NCBI GenBank assembly: GCA_025612245.1
Contig: JAAXKQ010000015.1
Span: forward strand, 69,362-133,361
Length of the DNA stretch: 64,000 nucleotides
Direction: 5' to 3'
DNA from: Ignavibacteria bacterium
GTDB taxonomy: Bacteria > Bacteroidota > Ignavibacteria > Ignavibacteriales > SURF-24
The notes beneath the pieces were generated by a model. That model was not told the origin of the DNA, did not search any database, and saw only the letters and a program-made list of their open reading frames with translations. Within the stretch, counting starts at the first letter, position 1. Each line of letters starts with the position of its first letter. Positions 10,604-21,155 of this stretch are shown in pieces. The translations under genes were made by a program, and so were the position numbers.

Positions 10604-12523
10604 TTAATTGCTTTTTGGTAGCTTTATAATAAAAGTAGTACCCTTGTTTACTTCACTCTGCACGGAAATTAGCCCCTTGTGCATGTCAATGATCTGTTTA
10701 ACAAGCCCGAGCCCAATTCCGGATCCCGGTATCTGCGAAATGCCGGGGCGTGCCGCTTTGTAGAATTTCTGGAATATGTTGGGCAGATCCCTTGAAGGAA
10801 TGCCTATACCCGTATCGCTTACTATAATTTCAAACTCCCTCCTGAAATCCTGCGCAATTAAAGTAACTCGCCCATCCCTGCCCGTAAATTTAATTGCATT
10901 GCTTACCAGATGCTGAATTACCTGCGAAATCCTCTCCTTGTCGGCCGTAATTAGCACCGGATGTTCCGGTATCTCTGAGGTAAGTGCTATGGCCTTCTGC
11001 CTGGCTTCATCGTTCAGGCCGGCCATTACCGACTGAAGGGTTTCCACAATGTCGAATTCCGTTTTGAAGACGTCCAGCTTCCCTGCTTCCATTTTGGCAA
11101 AGTCAAGCACGTCATTGATCAGTTTTGCCAGACGCTTACCCTCGCTTAAGATTATATTGCTGAATTCCAAGATCATCTCCCTCGGCATGTTGGGATCCGA
11201 GGTTATGGTTTCAGCAAAACCTACAACCGAGGCCAGTGGAGTCCTGAGCTCATGTGAAATGTTTGAAATAAAATCGCTTTTAAGTTTATTCAGCTCCTCA
11301 AGGACGGAGACCTGCTGCTTTGCGCGGTCGCGCTCTATGGAAATAAGCCTGTTTGCCTCAATGAATCTGGAGTTCAGTTCCCTCAATTTCCCCTCGTCTT
11401 TGCGACGCTGCGTAATGTCTCGCCCAATGCCGAGCATGCCCGTAATCTCGCCGTTATTCAACGTGGGACGGCACTGCACCTCAAAAAATATTTCCTTGCC
11501 GAACTTGTCTAAAAATGCGGCGTCGAAGGATACCAGCTTGTCTGACTTCAGTATCTGCTGGAACGCTATGGCTATTTCGGCCTTGTAGTCGTCGCTTATA
11601 AACTCCAGGAAATGACGCTGCAGCATCTCCTCCGGCTTATAGCCCAGTGCAAGCGCCCCGTAGTTGTTTACCATCAAAAAGTAACCCGAGCTGTCGAGGT
11701 TAAAAATGAGGTCATTTGCCGTCTCAATGAGCAGACGGAAGCGTTCCTCCGACTTTTCAAGCCTGAGCTGCGTTTCCTTTTCTTTTGTGATGTCGCTCAC
11801 CACTCCGTCTATTCTTACAATCTCGTGGTTCTTTTCAACGGGAAATCCTGAATTCCTGAGGAAATGCATGCTGCCCGAGGTGTCTTTTACCTGGTACTCC
11901 ACTGTGGCACTTGAGCCGCCTCTGAGCTGGTTAATAAACTCCCTGTATTTTGCCAGGTGCTTTGGTTCTATACGCCTTAAAAACCGGCCCGGATTTTCCA
12001 TCAGCTCTGAAGGCGAATAGCCCAGTATCTTCTTTACGGCATCCGTAATGAAAAGGTATTTCTCCCCTTTCACATCGGTAGAATAAATTATGGCTTCTAT
12101 GTTGCCTGCAGCCTCAACCAGCGTCTGCTTTATATTTTTTAATCCGGCAACTTCCATATATTCGCAAAGGAAGTCCTCAAGGAGCCTCACATTTTCCAGG
12201 CGGAATGGGCTGAAATGCCTGTTTTTTTCTGAGAACAGGACAAGAAACAAAGCCCCCTCGTCTTCGGCATTATTATCCAGTTTTTTTATGTAAACGGACC
12301 TGAGTCCGGTTTTTACGGAAAGCTCCCTGAAAGAAGCCCAGTTTACGGCACCTCCAAGTTCCGCCTCCGCCGCCCCGTTTATATCCTGGTTCAGCTCGCT
12401 AAAGAGGCTTTCCGTTCCTGCCCCTGAAAATGCTTCAATGCGCGCTCCTTTTAGCAGATAAGCCGTTCTGCTGTGGCTTAAATTTGCTATGAGCTGTATT
12501 ATATTTGATATCTTAGTCTGCAT
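10604..12523 (-). CDS. cytoplasmic sensor histidine kinase (GAF-like + 2 PAS + HisKA + HATPase_c)
   Basis: H-box SHELRTPL, then N, G1 and G2 boxes (DTGIGI, GSGIGLGL). No TM segments. Lies 27 nt upstream of the response regulator, so an operon. Confidence 0.85.
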   Translation of the reverse strand: MQTKISNIIQLIANLSHSRTAYLLKGARIEAFSGAGTESLFSELNQDINGAAEAELGGAVNWASFRELSVKTGLRSVYIKKLDNNAEDEGALFLVLFSEKNRHFSPFRLENVRLLEDFLCEYMEVAGLKNIKQTLVEAAGNIEAIIYSTDVKGEKYLFITDAVKKILGYSPSELMENPGRFLRRIEPKHLAKYREFINQLRGGSSATVEYQVKDTSGSMHFLRNSGFPVEKNHEIVRIDGVVSDITKEKETQLRLEKSEERFRLLIETANDLIFNLDSSGYFLMVNNYGALALGYKPEEMLQRHFLEFISDDYKAEIAIAFQQILKSDKLVSFDAAFLDKFGKEIFFEVQCRPTLNNGEITGMLGIGRDITQRRKDEGKLRELNSRFIEANRLISIERDRAKQQVSVLEELNKLKSDFISNISHELRTPLASVVGFAETITSDPNMPREMILEFSNIILSEGKRLAKLINDVLDFAKMEAGKLDVFKTEFDIVETLQSVMAGLNDEARQKAIALTSEIPEHPVLITADKERISQVIQHLVSNAIKFTGRDGRVTLIAQDFRREFEIIVSDTGIGIPSRDLPNIFQKFYKAARPGISQIPGSGIGLGLVKQIIDMHKGLISVQSEVNKGTTFIIKLPKSN

Positions 12524-12626
12524 TAAAATTGGAAAAGTTCTCCTGAAAATATCGCGTTTTTATGTGAAATTCAATGGCGTAAGAAAAACTGCAAAATATT
12601 TTATTCCGGGGCGCATAGATGGGTTC

Positions 12627-13823
12627 TCAGGCCCTGCTCTTTTCCTTTTTTATGAAGGAAAAGTAAGCCCAGAAGAGAAAACACAAAAGAGCCGATGCTA
12701 TCCAGAAAGCGTACTGCCTGTTTAATTCCACAAGCATTGAACCCGCAACGGGACCCGCAAGCGTGCCCAGGCCGTATGCCATTGCAAAGTGGCCATTTGC
12801 CTGCGCAACATATGCCTTCTCCACCCTTTCAACCGTGTATGTCAGTCCTATTGTATATAAGGCGGGTACAAATCCCCCGATGACAAAAAATATCACAGTC
12901 AGAATAGCCGTATCTGAAAAGAAAGCCGGCAAGAGGAAAAGAACACTCAGTACGGCAGATACAACGAGGAGAAGCTTAAACTTGGAAGCTTTATCCGACG
13001 CCCTGCCTATCAGGTAAAGCAGTATAATACCTCCAATGACGTAGGAGGCAAGGAAAAGTGAAACCTCATCTTCCGTAAAGCTGCTCCTGAGGCCGAACAA
13101 GGGAATTACTATGGTAATCGAGGACTCAAAGACGCCGTAAACGGCGGAAGAGAAAACCGCAACTACGGGCATCATCCTGAATGGAAAGTTCTCATGCTTT
13201 TTCTCTAAATCCCTTACCGGCTCAAGATCCACCAGCAGGAATTCCACAAAAACATATACTATAAGGATAGTTATTGCGCCAATTACAAAAGGAAGCCATT
13301 CATAGATCCTGACCGTCCAGATGAGCATTGTGCCTGCGGCAATTCCTGTGGAAAGAAACATTACATAAAGCCCTATATTCCGCCCGCGGTTTGTCTCGTC
13401 ACTGATTGTATTTATTAGGACTTCTGTAGCAATAAAAAGGAACGTTACACCTATTCCCTGAAGAAACCTTAAGGGAAAAAGTATGAAGTAATTCCGCCAG
13501 AACATGAGCCCCAGCGAGCAGACCGAGACGATTAAAAGCCCCCACGAAAGCACCCTTTTTATGTTGTAGCGCTCAATGAGTTTTCCCGTCATGCTGGAGG
13601 AAAGCACAATGCTGATGTAAAGCATGGTCGTAACCAGCCCGGTTATCCAGCTTGGCGTGTGGTTCGTTTCCAGGAGAATTACCGTTACGGGCGAAACCAG
13701 CCCAAAGGTAATTCCGGCAACAGAAATTCCGAATATTGCAATTAGAAGAGGGCTTTTCATGTTAGACCTGGAAGCTTGGTTTTTGAATAAACTGAAACTT
13801 GAAACCGGCTGAAAATTGGACAT
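12627..13823 (-). CDS. MFS transporter
   Basis: 12 predicted TM helices. True start may be the internal MKSPLL at 13760. Confidence 0.8.
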   Translation of the reverse strand: MSNFQPVSSFSLFKNQASRSNMKSPLLIAIFGISVAGITFGLVSPVTVILLETNHTPSWITGLVTTMLYISIVLSSSMTGKLIERYNIKRVLSWGLLIVSVCSLGLMFWRNYFILFPLRFLQGIGVTFLFIATEVLINTISDETNRGRNIGLYVMFLSTGIAAGTMLIWTVRIYEWLPFVIGAITILIVYVFVEFLLVDLEPVRDLEKKHENFPFRMMPVVAVFSSAVYGVFESSITIVIPLFGLRSSFTEDEVSLFLASYVIGGIILLYLIGRASDKASKFKLLLVVSAVLSVLFLLPAFFSDTAILTVIFFVIGGFVPALYTIGLTYTVERVEKAYVAQANGHFAMAYGLGTLAGPVAGSMLVELNRQYAFWIASALLCFLFWAYFSFIKKEKSRA

Positions 13824-13945
13824 ACAAAGCTAAGAATTTTTTCCGTTAATAGTCCTTAAAAAGCTGAAAATTGTGTAAAAACAGCCTTTTCTATAATAAT
13901 TTTCCCCTCAAAAGACATTTTATCTTTTATTTACGCCCTTTAATA

Positions 13946-13974
13946 TTGACATTTCGTGAAATTTCGATTAATAT
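13946..13974 (+). promoter_or_regulatory. sigma-70-type promoter (TTGACA-17-TAATAT) upstream of citrate synthase
   Basis: ttgaca tttcgtgaaatttcgat taatat, about 83 nt upstream of the gltA ATG. Confidence 0.4.
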
Positions 13975-14056
13975 TTCATCAAACCACAAGCTCTTCATAA
14001 ACGACGTAACATCCTGTTCAGTTAAATAAATTATCAACATTTCAGAGGGTAGGAAA

Positions 14057-15343
14057 ATGGATAATGCGAAATTAGTTCTCAATGGGAAGGAGTACCAGCT
14101 CCCAGTGACTGTCGGAACAGAGGGTGAGGTTGGAATTGACATTACGGCATTAAGGTCTAAGACCGGTGCAATTACGCTGGATTCAGGTTATGGCAACACG
14201 GGTTCTTGTGAGAGTTCAATTACTTTTATTGATGGTGAGAGAGGAATACTGCAGTACCGCGGTTACCCCATCGAGGAATTAGCCGCAAAAAGCAGTTTTC
14301 TTGAGGTTTCTTTTCTTTTAATATTCGGCCACCTGCCCACCAGGGAAGAGCTTGACAAGTTTACTTTTGACCTTACACACCACAGTCTGCTTAGAGAGGA
14401 TATGAAAAAATTCTACGAGGGCTATCCTCCCACGGCACATCCTATGGGTGTACTTTGCTCTATGGTTGTTTCCTTATCTGCCTATTATCCCGATACACAG
14501 GAAGAACGCTACAATAACATAATTCGTCTTCTGGCAAAGCTGAAAACAATTGCGGCTTTCTCGTACAAAAAATCTATCGGACAGCCCTACGTTTATCCGC
14601 GCAACAACATGAGCTTCGCGGCTGACCTGCTTCATATGATGTTTGCAGTCCCGGCCGAGGACTATGAGGTCCACCAGGAAGTTGCAGACGCCCTGGATCT
14701 GCTCTTAATCCTGCACGCCGACCACGAGCAGAACTGCAGCACCTCGACCGTCAGAATGGTCGGAAGCAGCGAGGCCAACATGTTTGCCACCATTGCCTCC
14801 GGCATTTGCGCCCTCTGGGGCAAACTGCACGGCGGAGCTAACCAGCACGTAATTGAAATGCTGCAGAGAATTCAAAACGAAGGCGGCGATTACAGGAAGT
14901 TTATTGATATGGCAAAGGACAAGAATTCCAGCTTCAAGCTGATGGGTTTCGGGCACAGGGTTTACAAAAATTTCGACCCCCGCGCTAAAATTCTCAAAGA
15001 AGCCGCCGATAAGGTATTAAATAAACTCGGGATCAAGGACCCGCTGCTCGAAATTGCAAAAAACCTCGAACGGGTGGCTCTTGAGGACAGCTACTTCATC
15101 GAACGCAAACTCTATCCGAACGTGGATTTCTACAGCGGCATCATTTACCGCGCCATGGGAATCCCCACGGAAATGTTCACCGTAATGTTTGCGCTTGGAA
15201 GGCTCCCCGGCTGGATAGCACAGTGGAAGGAAATGAGGGAGGATCCGGCTATGAGGATCTACCGCCCGCGCCAGATCTATACCGGCTGCACCGAACGATC
15301 CTACATCCCGATTGACGAACGCAGAACAGTTGAAGTAAAGTAA
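14057..15343 (+). CDS. gltA: citrate synthase
   Basis: GFGHRVYKNFDPRA and the catalytic His/Asp context. 428 aa. Confidence 0.95.
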   Translation: MDNAKLVLNGKEYQLPVTVGTEGEVGIDITALRSKTGAITLDSGYGNTGSCESSITFIDGERGILQYRGYPIEELAAKSSFLEVSFLLIFGHLPTREELDKFTFDLTHHSLLREDMKKFYEGYPPTAHPMGVLCSMVVSLSAYYPDTQEERYNNIIRLLAKLKTIAAFSYKKSIGQPYVYPRNNMSFAADLLHMMFAVPAEDYEVHQEVADALDLLLILHADHEQNCSTSTVRMVGSSEANMFATIASGICALWGKLHGGANQHVIEMLQRIQNEGGDYRKFIDMAKDKNSSFKLMGFGHRVYKNFDPRAKILKEAADKVLNKLGIKDPLLEIAKNLERVALEDSYFIERKLYPNVDFYSGIIYRAMGIPTEMFTVMFALGRLPGWIAQWKEMREDPAMRIYRPRQIYTGCTERSYIPIDERRTVEVK

Positions 15344-15367
15344 TATATATGTAACTTTTCCCCAAAA

Positions 15368-15405
15368 AAAGCCCGGACACGCACAAACTCCGGGCTTTCA
15401 CTTTT
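15368..15405 (+). terminator. rho-independent terminator of gltA
   Basis: aaagcccggacacgcacaaactccgggctttcacttttt. Confidence 0.6.
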
Positions 15406-15425
15406 TCCGGTACCCTTTAAGTGTG

Positions 15426-15680
15426 TTGACATTCTGGGCGCGGGAATCTATAATTTAGTATGATTATGCGAGAGACTCTGATTTCTCCGGAAGAAATATA
15501 ATTCCCGCGGAAATTTCTCTTTTGGGCTTTTGAACTATTAAGCGGTATGCAGCAAAGGAAAAAAGGATAAAAAATAATCATTCCTTATATAATTGATCGT
15601 GATAGCGGGGATAATGTCTGTGGAAAAGAAAGTCTGCTTACCGCTTAAAGCTCGGCATTATCCCCGCTATTTATTTTAAG
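15426..15680 (+). ncRNA. candidate small RNA or leader transcript with its own promoter and terminator
   Basis: Perfect TTGACA(15426-31)-17nt-TATAAT(15449-54). 13-codon ORF MIMRETLISPEEI. 10-bp pair 15541-50/15639-48 crossing a 15-bp pair 15602-16/15656-70, the latter followed by TTTATTTT. Confidence 0.35.
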
Positions 15681-15690
15681 ACATAGCTCT

Positions 15691-16011
15691 CTACTCGAAC
15701 TCCAGCAGAAGTTCTCCTTTTGCCACCCTCTCGCCTTTCGACTTCTTAACCGACTTTATCGTCCCGTCGAATGGCGCCTTGATGGTGTTTCTCATTTTCA
15801 TCGCTTCAAACACAAGTATGCTCTGATCCTGCTTTACTCGCTGCCCTTTGTTTACTGTTATATCCAGTATCACTCCGGGTATTACAGCGTATATCTTTTT
15901 CGGATCCCTGGGCGCATAGGCTTTCCTCTCGGCAAACTTGGGCGTCAGCTTTGTCATGTAAACCGTATCGTCTACAACTATTTTTTCTAGATCTTTATTG
16001 TTGTCGTTCAT
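15691..16011 (-). CDS. biotin carboxyl carrier / biotinyl-domain subunit of an acyl-CoA carboxyltransferase complex
   Basis: EAMKM biotinylation motif (VFEAMKMRNTIKAPFDG). 106 aa. Confidence 0.85.
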   Translation of the reverse strand: MNDNNKDLEKIVVDDTVYMTKLTPKFAERKAYAPRDPKKIYAVIPGVILDITVNKGQRVKQDQSILVFEAMKMRNTIKAPFDGTIKSVKKSKGERVAKGELLLEFE

Positions 16012-16012
16012 G

Positions 16013-17557
16013 TTAAAATGGAGGTATCCCGTGTTTTTTGTTGGGTCTGGTTTCTAATTTGTTAGCTGAAGCCTTCAGCGCATATATCAGCGCATCCCTG
16101 GTTTCATAAGGATTAATTACTGAATCAACGTGACCGTTTGAAGCTGCTACATATGGATTGGCAAACTTCTCCGTGTACTCCTGAACTTTCTGCTTTCTTA
16201 CCGTATCGGGATCTTTTGCAGCCGCAATTTCACCCCTGAAGATGATGTTTGCTGCGCCTTCAGGACCCATAACTGCAATTTCTGCCGTCGGCCATGCAAA
16301 GACGAAATCTGCTCCCAGGTGGCGTGAGCACATTGCAATGTAACCGCCGCCGTAGGCCTTGCGCAGTATGACGGTCAGTTTTGGAACCGTGGCTTCGCTG
16401 TAAGCATAAAGTATTTTTGCCCCATGACGGATAACACCTGCATGCTCCTGATCCACACCAGGCAGATAACCCGGCAGGTCAACTAGCGTAACAAGCGGAA
16501 TGTTAAAGGCGTCGCAGTAACGTATGAAACGTGCCGCCTTGTCCGAAGAATCCACGTCCAGTACGCCTGCTAAGACGAGCGGCTGATTGCCGATGATGCC
16601 AACAGTCTCACCGTTAAGCCTTGCAAACCCGATTACTATGTTTGCCGCCCACTTTTCCTGGATTTCCAGGAAGTCCGAATCGTCGCATATCGACTTTATG
16701 ACGTCGCGTATGTCGTATGGCTTGGTGGTCTCTGCAGGAATGATGCGCTCAACGTCAAACTGCGCGCGCGGCATCTTTGGAGTAACCAGTGGAGCTTTCT
16801 CTCTGTTGCTCCATGGAATAAACGACAGAAGACGCTTTATCTGCTCAAAGCATTCCATTTCGCTTTCTGCATAAAAGTGCGCGTTACCGGTAATTTCTGT
16901 CTGTACGCGTGCCCCGCCGAGGTCTTCCATGGAGATCTCTTCACCCAGCACGGTTTTAATTACTTCGGGACCCGTAATAAACATTTTGGAAATCTTATCC
17001 ACAACAAAAACAAAATCTGTGAGCGCGGGCGAATAAACGGCACCTCCTGCGCACGGGCCTAAAATAACCGAAATCTGGGGTACTATGCCGGAAGCCATCG
17101 TATTCCTGTAGAATATCTCTCCGTAACCTGCAAGTGAATTGACGCCTTCCTGAATGCGTGCCCCGCCTGAATCGTTGATTCCTATTAGAGGAATCCCCAT
17201 GCGCACGGCATGATCCATAACTTTTGTGATCTTTCTTGCATGCATAAGTCCAAGCGATCCGCCTGCAACCGTAAAATCCTGTGCAAATACGCTTACCGGA
17301 CGGTTGTGAACCGAGCCTATGCCGGTAATGACACCGTCTGCTGGGAGCTGCTTTTTGTCCATGCCGAATTCTTCGCACTTATGCTCTACAAAGAGATCAG
17401 TTTCATGGAAGCTGTTTGGATCGAGGAGGACTTTTAGTCTTTCACGGGCCGGCAATTTCCCCATCGCTACCTGCTTTTGGATAGCCTTGTCACCGCCGCC
17501 GGTACTTATCTTTTCTTTTCTTGTGAAGAGTTCAATAATCTTACTTTTTAACGACAC
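16013..17557 (-). CDS. acyl-CoA carboxylase carboxyltransferase subunit (methylmalonyl-CoA decarboxylase alpha / propionyl-CoA carboxylase beta family)
   Basis: 514 aa, two crotonase-fold CT domains. Strong similarity to the PccB/MmdA family by eye. Confidence 0.9.
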   Translation of the reverse strand: MSLKSKIIELFTRKEKISTGGGDKAIQKQVAMGKLPARERLKVLLDPNSFHETDLFVEHKCEEFGMDKKQLPADGVITGIGSVHNRPVSVFAQDFTVAGGSLGLMHARKITKVMDHAVRMGIPLIGINDSGGARIQEGVNSLAGYGEIFYRNTMASGIVPQISVILGPCAGGAVYSPALTDFVFVVDKISKMFITGPEVIKTVLGEEISMEDLGGARVQTEITGNAHFYAESEMECFEQIKRLLSFIPWSNREKAPLVTPKMPRAQFDVERIIPAETTKPYDIRDVIKSICDDSDFLEIQEKWAANIVIGFARLNGETVGIIGNQPLVLAGVLDVDSSDKAARFIRYCDAFNIPLVTLVDLPGYLPGVDQEHAGVIRHGAKILYAYSEATVPKLTVILRKAYGGGYIAMCSRHLGADFVFAWPTAEIAVMGPEGAANIIFRGEIAAAKDPDTVRKQKVQEYTEKFANPYVAASNGHVDSVINPYETRDALIYALKASANKLETRPNKKHGIPPF

Positions 17558-17721
17558 TATATATTTCCTTTATAGATGAGTAATTACTTAATAATAGGTT
17601 GCGCCAAAGAGGTCCGCAAAAACCAACAACAAAGATAATAAAATTCCTGATAAATAATAAATATGCTTCTTTAGAATTAATGAACGCTCCCCATGGAATG
17701 TTCAATAAACGAGTCAAAAAA

Positions 17722-17752
17722 AAAGGCGGAAGTTTTCCTCCGCCCTTCAAAA
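17722..17752 (-). terminator. rho-independent terminator downstream of lpdA (minus strand)
   Basis: Minus-strand reading gggcggaggaaaacttccgcc followed by a T9 run. Confidence 0.6.
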
Positions 17753-17758
17753 GAAAAG

Positions 17759-19174
17759 TCAGCCTCTCTTGGGCCTGTAGAGGTGTGTGCTCTGCCCGAA
17801 GAATACTTCTGCAGATTCCATTACAGTTTCCGACAAAGTCGGATGCGGATGAATGCTTAATGCAACGTCTTTTGCAACGGCAGCCATTTCAACTGCCAGA
17901 ACGCCTTCGGCAATCATTTCACCTGCACCGGGCCCCACAATCCCAACGCCAAGTATCCTTTCTGTCTTTGGATCCATGATCAGTTTTGTCGAGCCGTCGC
18001 TCCTGTCAAGCGTCGTCGCCCTCCCAGAGGCAGCCCACGGGAATCGGGCAACTTTAATTTCAATTCCCTTCTCCCTGGCTTCGGTTTCCGTAAGCCCGCA
18101 CCATGCAACTTCAGGATCCGTAAATATTACGGCCGGAATTGCAGCCGGGTGAAATTCCACGTTGTGGCCTGCAATTACTTCAGCTGCCACCCTGCCTTCG
18201 GCCGAAGCCTTGTGGGCAAGCATCGGGTTTCCTACTACGTCACCAATTGCATAAATCGTTGGCTCCGCGGTCTGCATCTGCGCATTTACCTTTATGAACC
18301 CTCTTTCAACTTCAACCTTTGTATTTTCAAGCCCGAACCCCTTCGAGTTCGGCGTGCGCCCGATTGAGACGAGCACTTTTTCAAAAACCTGCTCTTTTTC
18401 CTGCACGCCTTCGCCTTCAAATGTAACCTTAACACCGTTACCAACGTCCTCCATCTTCACTACTTTTGTACTGAGCATTATGGATTTCATGACCGGCTGA
18501 AGCGAGCGCGCAAGAATGTTCACCATGTCCCGGTCCGCTCCGGGTAATAGTCCCGGCGTCATTTCAACTACCGACACTTCAGTTCCCAGAGAAGCATAGA
18601 CCGACCCAAGCTCAAGCCCTATATATCCGCCTCCAACTACGAGCATATTCTTTGGGATGTCCTTCAGTGCAAGCGCACCCGTTGAATCTATTACGCGCGG
18701 TGAATCCAGCATTAAGGAAGGTATCTGTGCCGGACGCGAACCCGTGCAGACAATGAGGTGCTCAAACGTTAATTCTTCTTTGCCGCCTTCCATTTTTTCT
18801 ATTTCAAGCGTCGTGGGATTCAGAATCGTCGCCCTTCCCTGCAAGTAAGTAATTTTCCTCTGCTTCGAAAGAACCCCGAGACCCCCGGTAAGCTTTCCTA
18901 CAACACTTTCTTTCCAGCTCCTGAGCTTATCGAGATTGATTCTCGGAGAGTCGAATTCTATTCCCCAGTTAGCCGAATGCTTTGTCTCATTTATCAGCTT
19001 TGCTACGTGCAGAAGCGCCTTCGATGGGATGCACCCGCGGTAAAGACATACCCCGCCGGGATTTTTTTCCATGTCAATCAATGTCACCTGCATCCCTAAA
19101 TCGGCCGCAAGAAATGCCGCGGCATAGCCGCCGGGACCGCCTCCTAGAACTGCAAGCTGGGTCTTATTTGCCAT
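17759..19174 (-). CDS. lpdA: dihydrolipoyl dehydrogenase (E3)
   Basis: FAD motif GGGPGGY, redox disulfide [13 protein letters not shown]-binding GGGYIGLE, C-terminal HPHPTLSE. Confidence 0.95.
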   Translation of the reverse strand: MANKTQLAVLGGGPGGYAAAFLAADLGMQVTLIDMEKNPGGVCLYRGCIPSKALLHVAKLINETKHSANWGIEFDSPRINLDKLRSWKESVVGKLTGGLGVLSKQRKITYLQGRATILNPTTLEIEKMEGGKEELTFEHLIVCTGSRPAQIPSLMLDSPRVIDSTGALALKDIPKNMLVVGGGYIGLELGSVYASLGTEVSVVEMTPGLLPGADRDMVNILARSLQPVMKSIMLSTKVVKMEDVGNGVKVTFEGEGVQEKEQVFEKVLVSIGRTPNSKGFGLENTKVEVERGFIKVNAQMQTAEPTIYAIGDVVGNPMLAHKASAEGRVAAEVIAGHNVEFHPAAIPAVIFTDPEVAWCGLTETEAREKGIEIKVARFPWAASGRATTLDRSDGSTKLIMDPKTERILGVGIVGPGAGEMIAEGVLAVEMAAVAKDVALSIHPHPTLSETVMESAEVFFGQSTHLYRPKRG

Positions 19175-19290
19175 ACTGCTTTAACTCCGTAAATATTTAA
19201 ATTTTAATGAATTTTCACGCCAAATTTATCACATAAATTCCTAAGAGCAAAAGAAAATATCATTTTCCCTAATGCCCCATCGATAATTTT

Positions 19291-21060
19291 TCAGCCCTCA
19301 AGCGCCATTAAGAACGGCTGCTCTACGGCACCTGCTACCCATCTTAAGAACCGCGCGCCGTCGGCTCCGTCAATTATCCTGTGGTCGTAGGATAAAGACA
19401 GGGGCAGCATCAAACGCGTTTCGAACTTACCATCCCGGTAAACCTGCTCGTAAGAGCTCCTCGAAAGCCCCAGTATGGCAACTTCAGGCGAATTTATGAT
19501 CGGAGAGAAATACGTTCCTCCTATCCCCCCGAGGTTTGTAATTGTAAAACATCCGCCCTGCATATCCTCCAGTGAAAGCTTCCTGTTCCTGGCCTTCTCG
19601 GCTACCTGGTTAAGCTCTACGGCAAGTTCCACAATGTTCTTTTTGTCTACGTCCCTTATTACCGGAACCAACAGGCCCCGGTCTGTATCTACGGCAACGC
19701 CAACGTGATAGTATTTTTTATAGATTACCGCACTGTGCGCCATATCCACGCTTGAATTAAACTGCGGGAAAGCCTTCAGTGCCGAGGCAATAACCTTAAG
19801 AAGTATTGCCGTTACGGTAAGCTTGCCTCCCTGCTTCTCCGCGTGCGCGCCGTACATTTTCCTCAGTCGCTCCAGCTCCGTTATGTCGGCTTTGTCGAAC
19901 TGCGTTACGTGCGGCACTGTGGCCCATGCGTAGCTTAAGTGCTCGGCCGTCTTGCGCCTTATATTGCTCATGTCCTTACTTTCAACCTGGCCCCACTTGC
20001 TGAAATCAGGAAGCGGTTCCGTTGCAATGCCCGCCATAACACCGCCTGCCGCCGGAGCTTCCGCCCTCTGCGGCCTGGAGGCCGTCTCACGCGCATAAGT
20101 TTTTACGTCGTTTATGGATATACGCCCGCCGGGACCTGTACCCGGCACCTCGTTTATGTTTACCCCAATCTCGCGCGCAAAGCGCCTTACCGTGGGAGCT
20201 GCCGGTGCAATTTTACCCGGATCTACTGGCGGCCTTTCCTCGGCCATAATGTATGTTTTTCGCGGGGGCTGGCCTCCAATTACAGTTGTCCCTGCTTCTT
20301 CGGGAGCTTTCTTTTCAGGCTTTCCTGAAGGCTTTACCTGCTCAGGTGTAACCTTTGCGCCCCCCTTTTCAGCTTCTTCCTGCTTTTTATTCATTTCAAG
20401 CTGCTGCTGCCGCTCCTGCCCGGGGCCTTCGCTCGACCTTAGCCTGAAGATTACCTGCCCCACGCTGGCTTTTTCTCCCGCCTTTACGAGAACTTCTTCT
20501 ACTACGCCTTCAATGTCCGAAGGAACCTCAATTGTTGCCTTATCGGTTTCAATTTCAAGAATGATCTGGTCTTTTTTAACCTTATCTCCGGGAGAGACTT
20601 TAACCTGCAGTATGTCGGCAGAACCGATGTTTTCACCCAGCTCAGGAAGTTTGAACTCCACGCTGCCGCCCTTGGCTTCTACACCTGGCTGAATTGTAGC
20701 CTGTGCCTTAACTTCATCTTCCTTTACTGCCTCTTCCTCCTGCCTGACCTCAGGCACTCTTGCCTTTTCCTGCGGCTTTGCTGCTTCATTCGGTGCCTGC
20801 TTTTCATCGGCGGCGGCATCCGACGATTCTTCAACCGTAAAAATCACCTGCCCTACCTTGGCCTTGTCGCCCGGCTTTACATTTACCTCTTTTACTATAC
20901 CCGTTATGGTTGAAGGCACTTCAATTGTGGCTTTGTCTGTCTCAATTTCAAGCACGGTCTGATCTGCTTTTACCTGATCCCCGACCTTAATGAGCACCTG
21001 CAGGACGTCTGCAGAGGCTATATTTTCCCCCAATTCGGGAAGTGTAAATTCTTTTGCCAT
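19291..21060 (-). CDS. aceF: pyruvate dehydrogenase complex dihydrolipoamide acetyltransferase (E2), two lipoyl domains
   Basis: Two lipoyl domains (IETDKATIEVPS x2), Ala/Pro-rich linkers, PSBD, and catalytic DHRIIDGA motif. Confidence 0.9.
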   Translation of the reverse strand: MAKEFTLPELGENIASADVLQVLIKVGDQVKADQTVLEIETDKATIEVPSTITGIVKEVNVKPGDKAKVGQVIFTVEESSDAAADEKQAPNEAAKPQEKARVPEVRQEEEAVKEDEVKAQATIQPGVEAKGGSVEFKLPELGENIGSADILQVKVSPGDKVKKDQIILEIETDKATIEVPSDIEGVVEEVLVKAGEKASVGQVIFRLRSSEGPGQERQQQLEMNKKQEEAEKGGAKVTPEQVKPSGKPEKKAPEEAGTTVIGGQPPRKTYIMAEERPPVDPGKIAPAAPTVRRFAREIGVNINEVPGTGPGGRISINDVKTYARETASRPQRAEAPAAGGVMAGIATEPLPDFSKWGQVESKDMSNIRRKTAEHLSYAWATVPHVTQFDKADITELERLRKMYGAHAEKQGGKLTVTAILLKVIASALKAFPQFNSSVDMAHSAVIYKKYYHVGVAVDTDRGLLVPVIRDVDKKNIVELAVELNQVAEKARNRKLSLEDMQGGCFTITNLGGIGGTYFSPIINSPEVAILGLSRSSYEQVYRDGKFETRLMLPLSLSYDHRIIDGADGARFLRWVAGAVEQPFLMALEG

Positions 21061-21155
21061 AGTTAAATCCGTTTTTATTTCGTCAATATTTGGAGTTTTC
21101 TTCGCTATAGAAGGGTGGGCTCTGCCTGGGAGCCCGCCCGCCCTTTTAGTACTTT

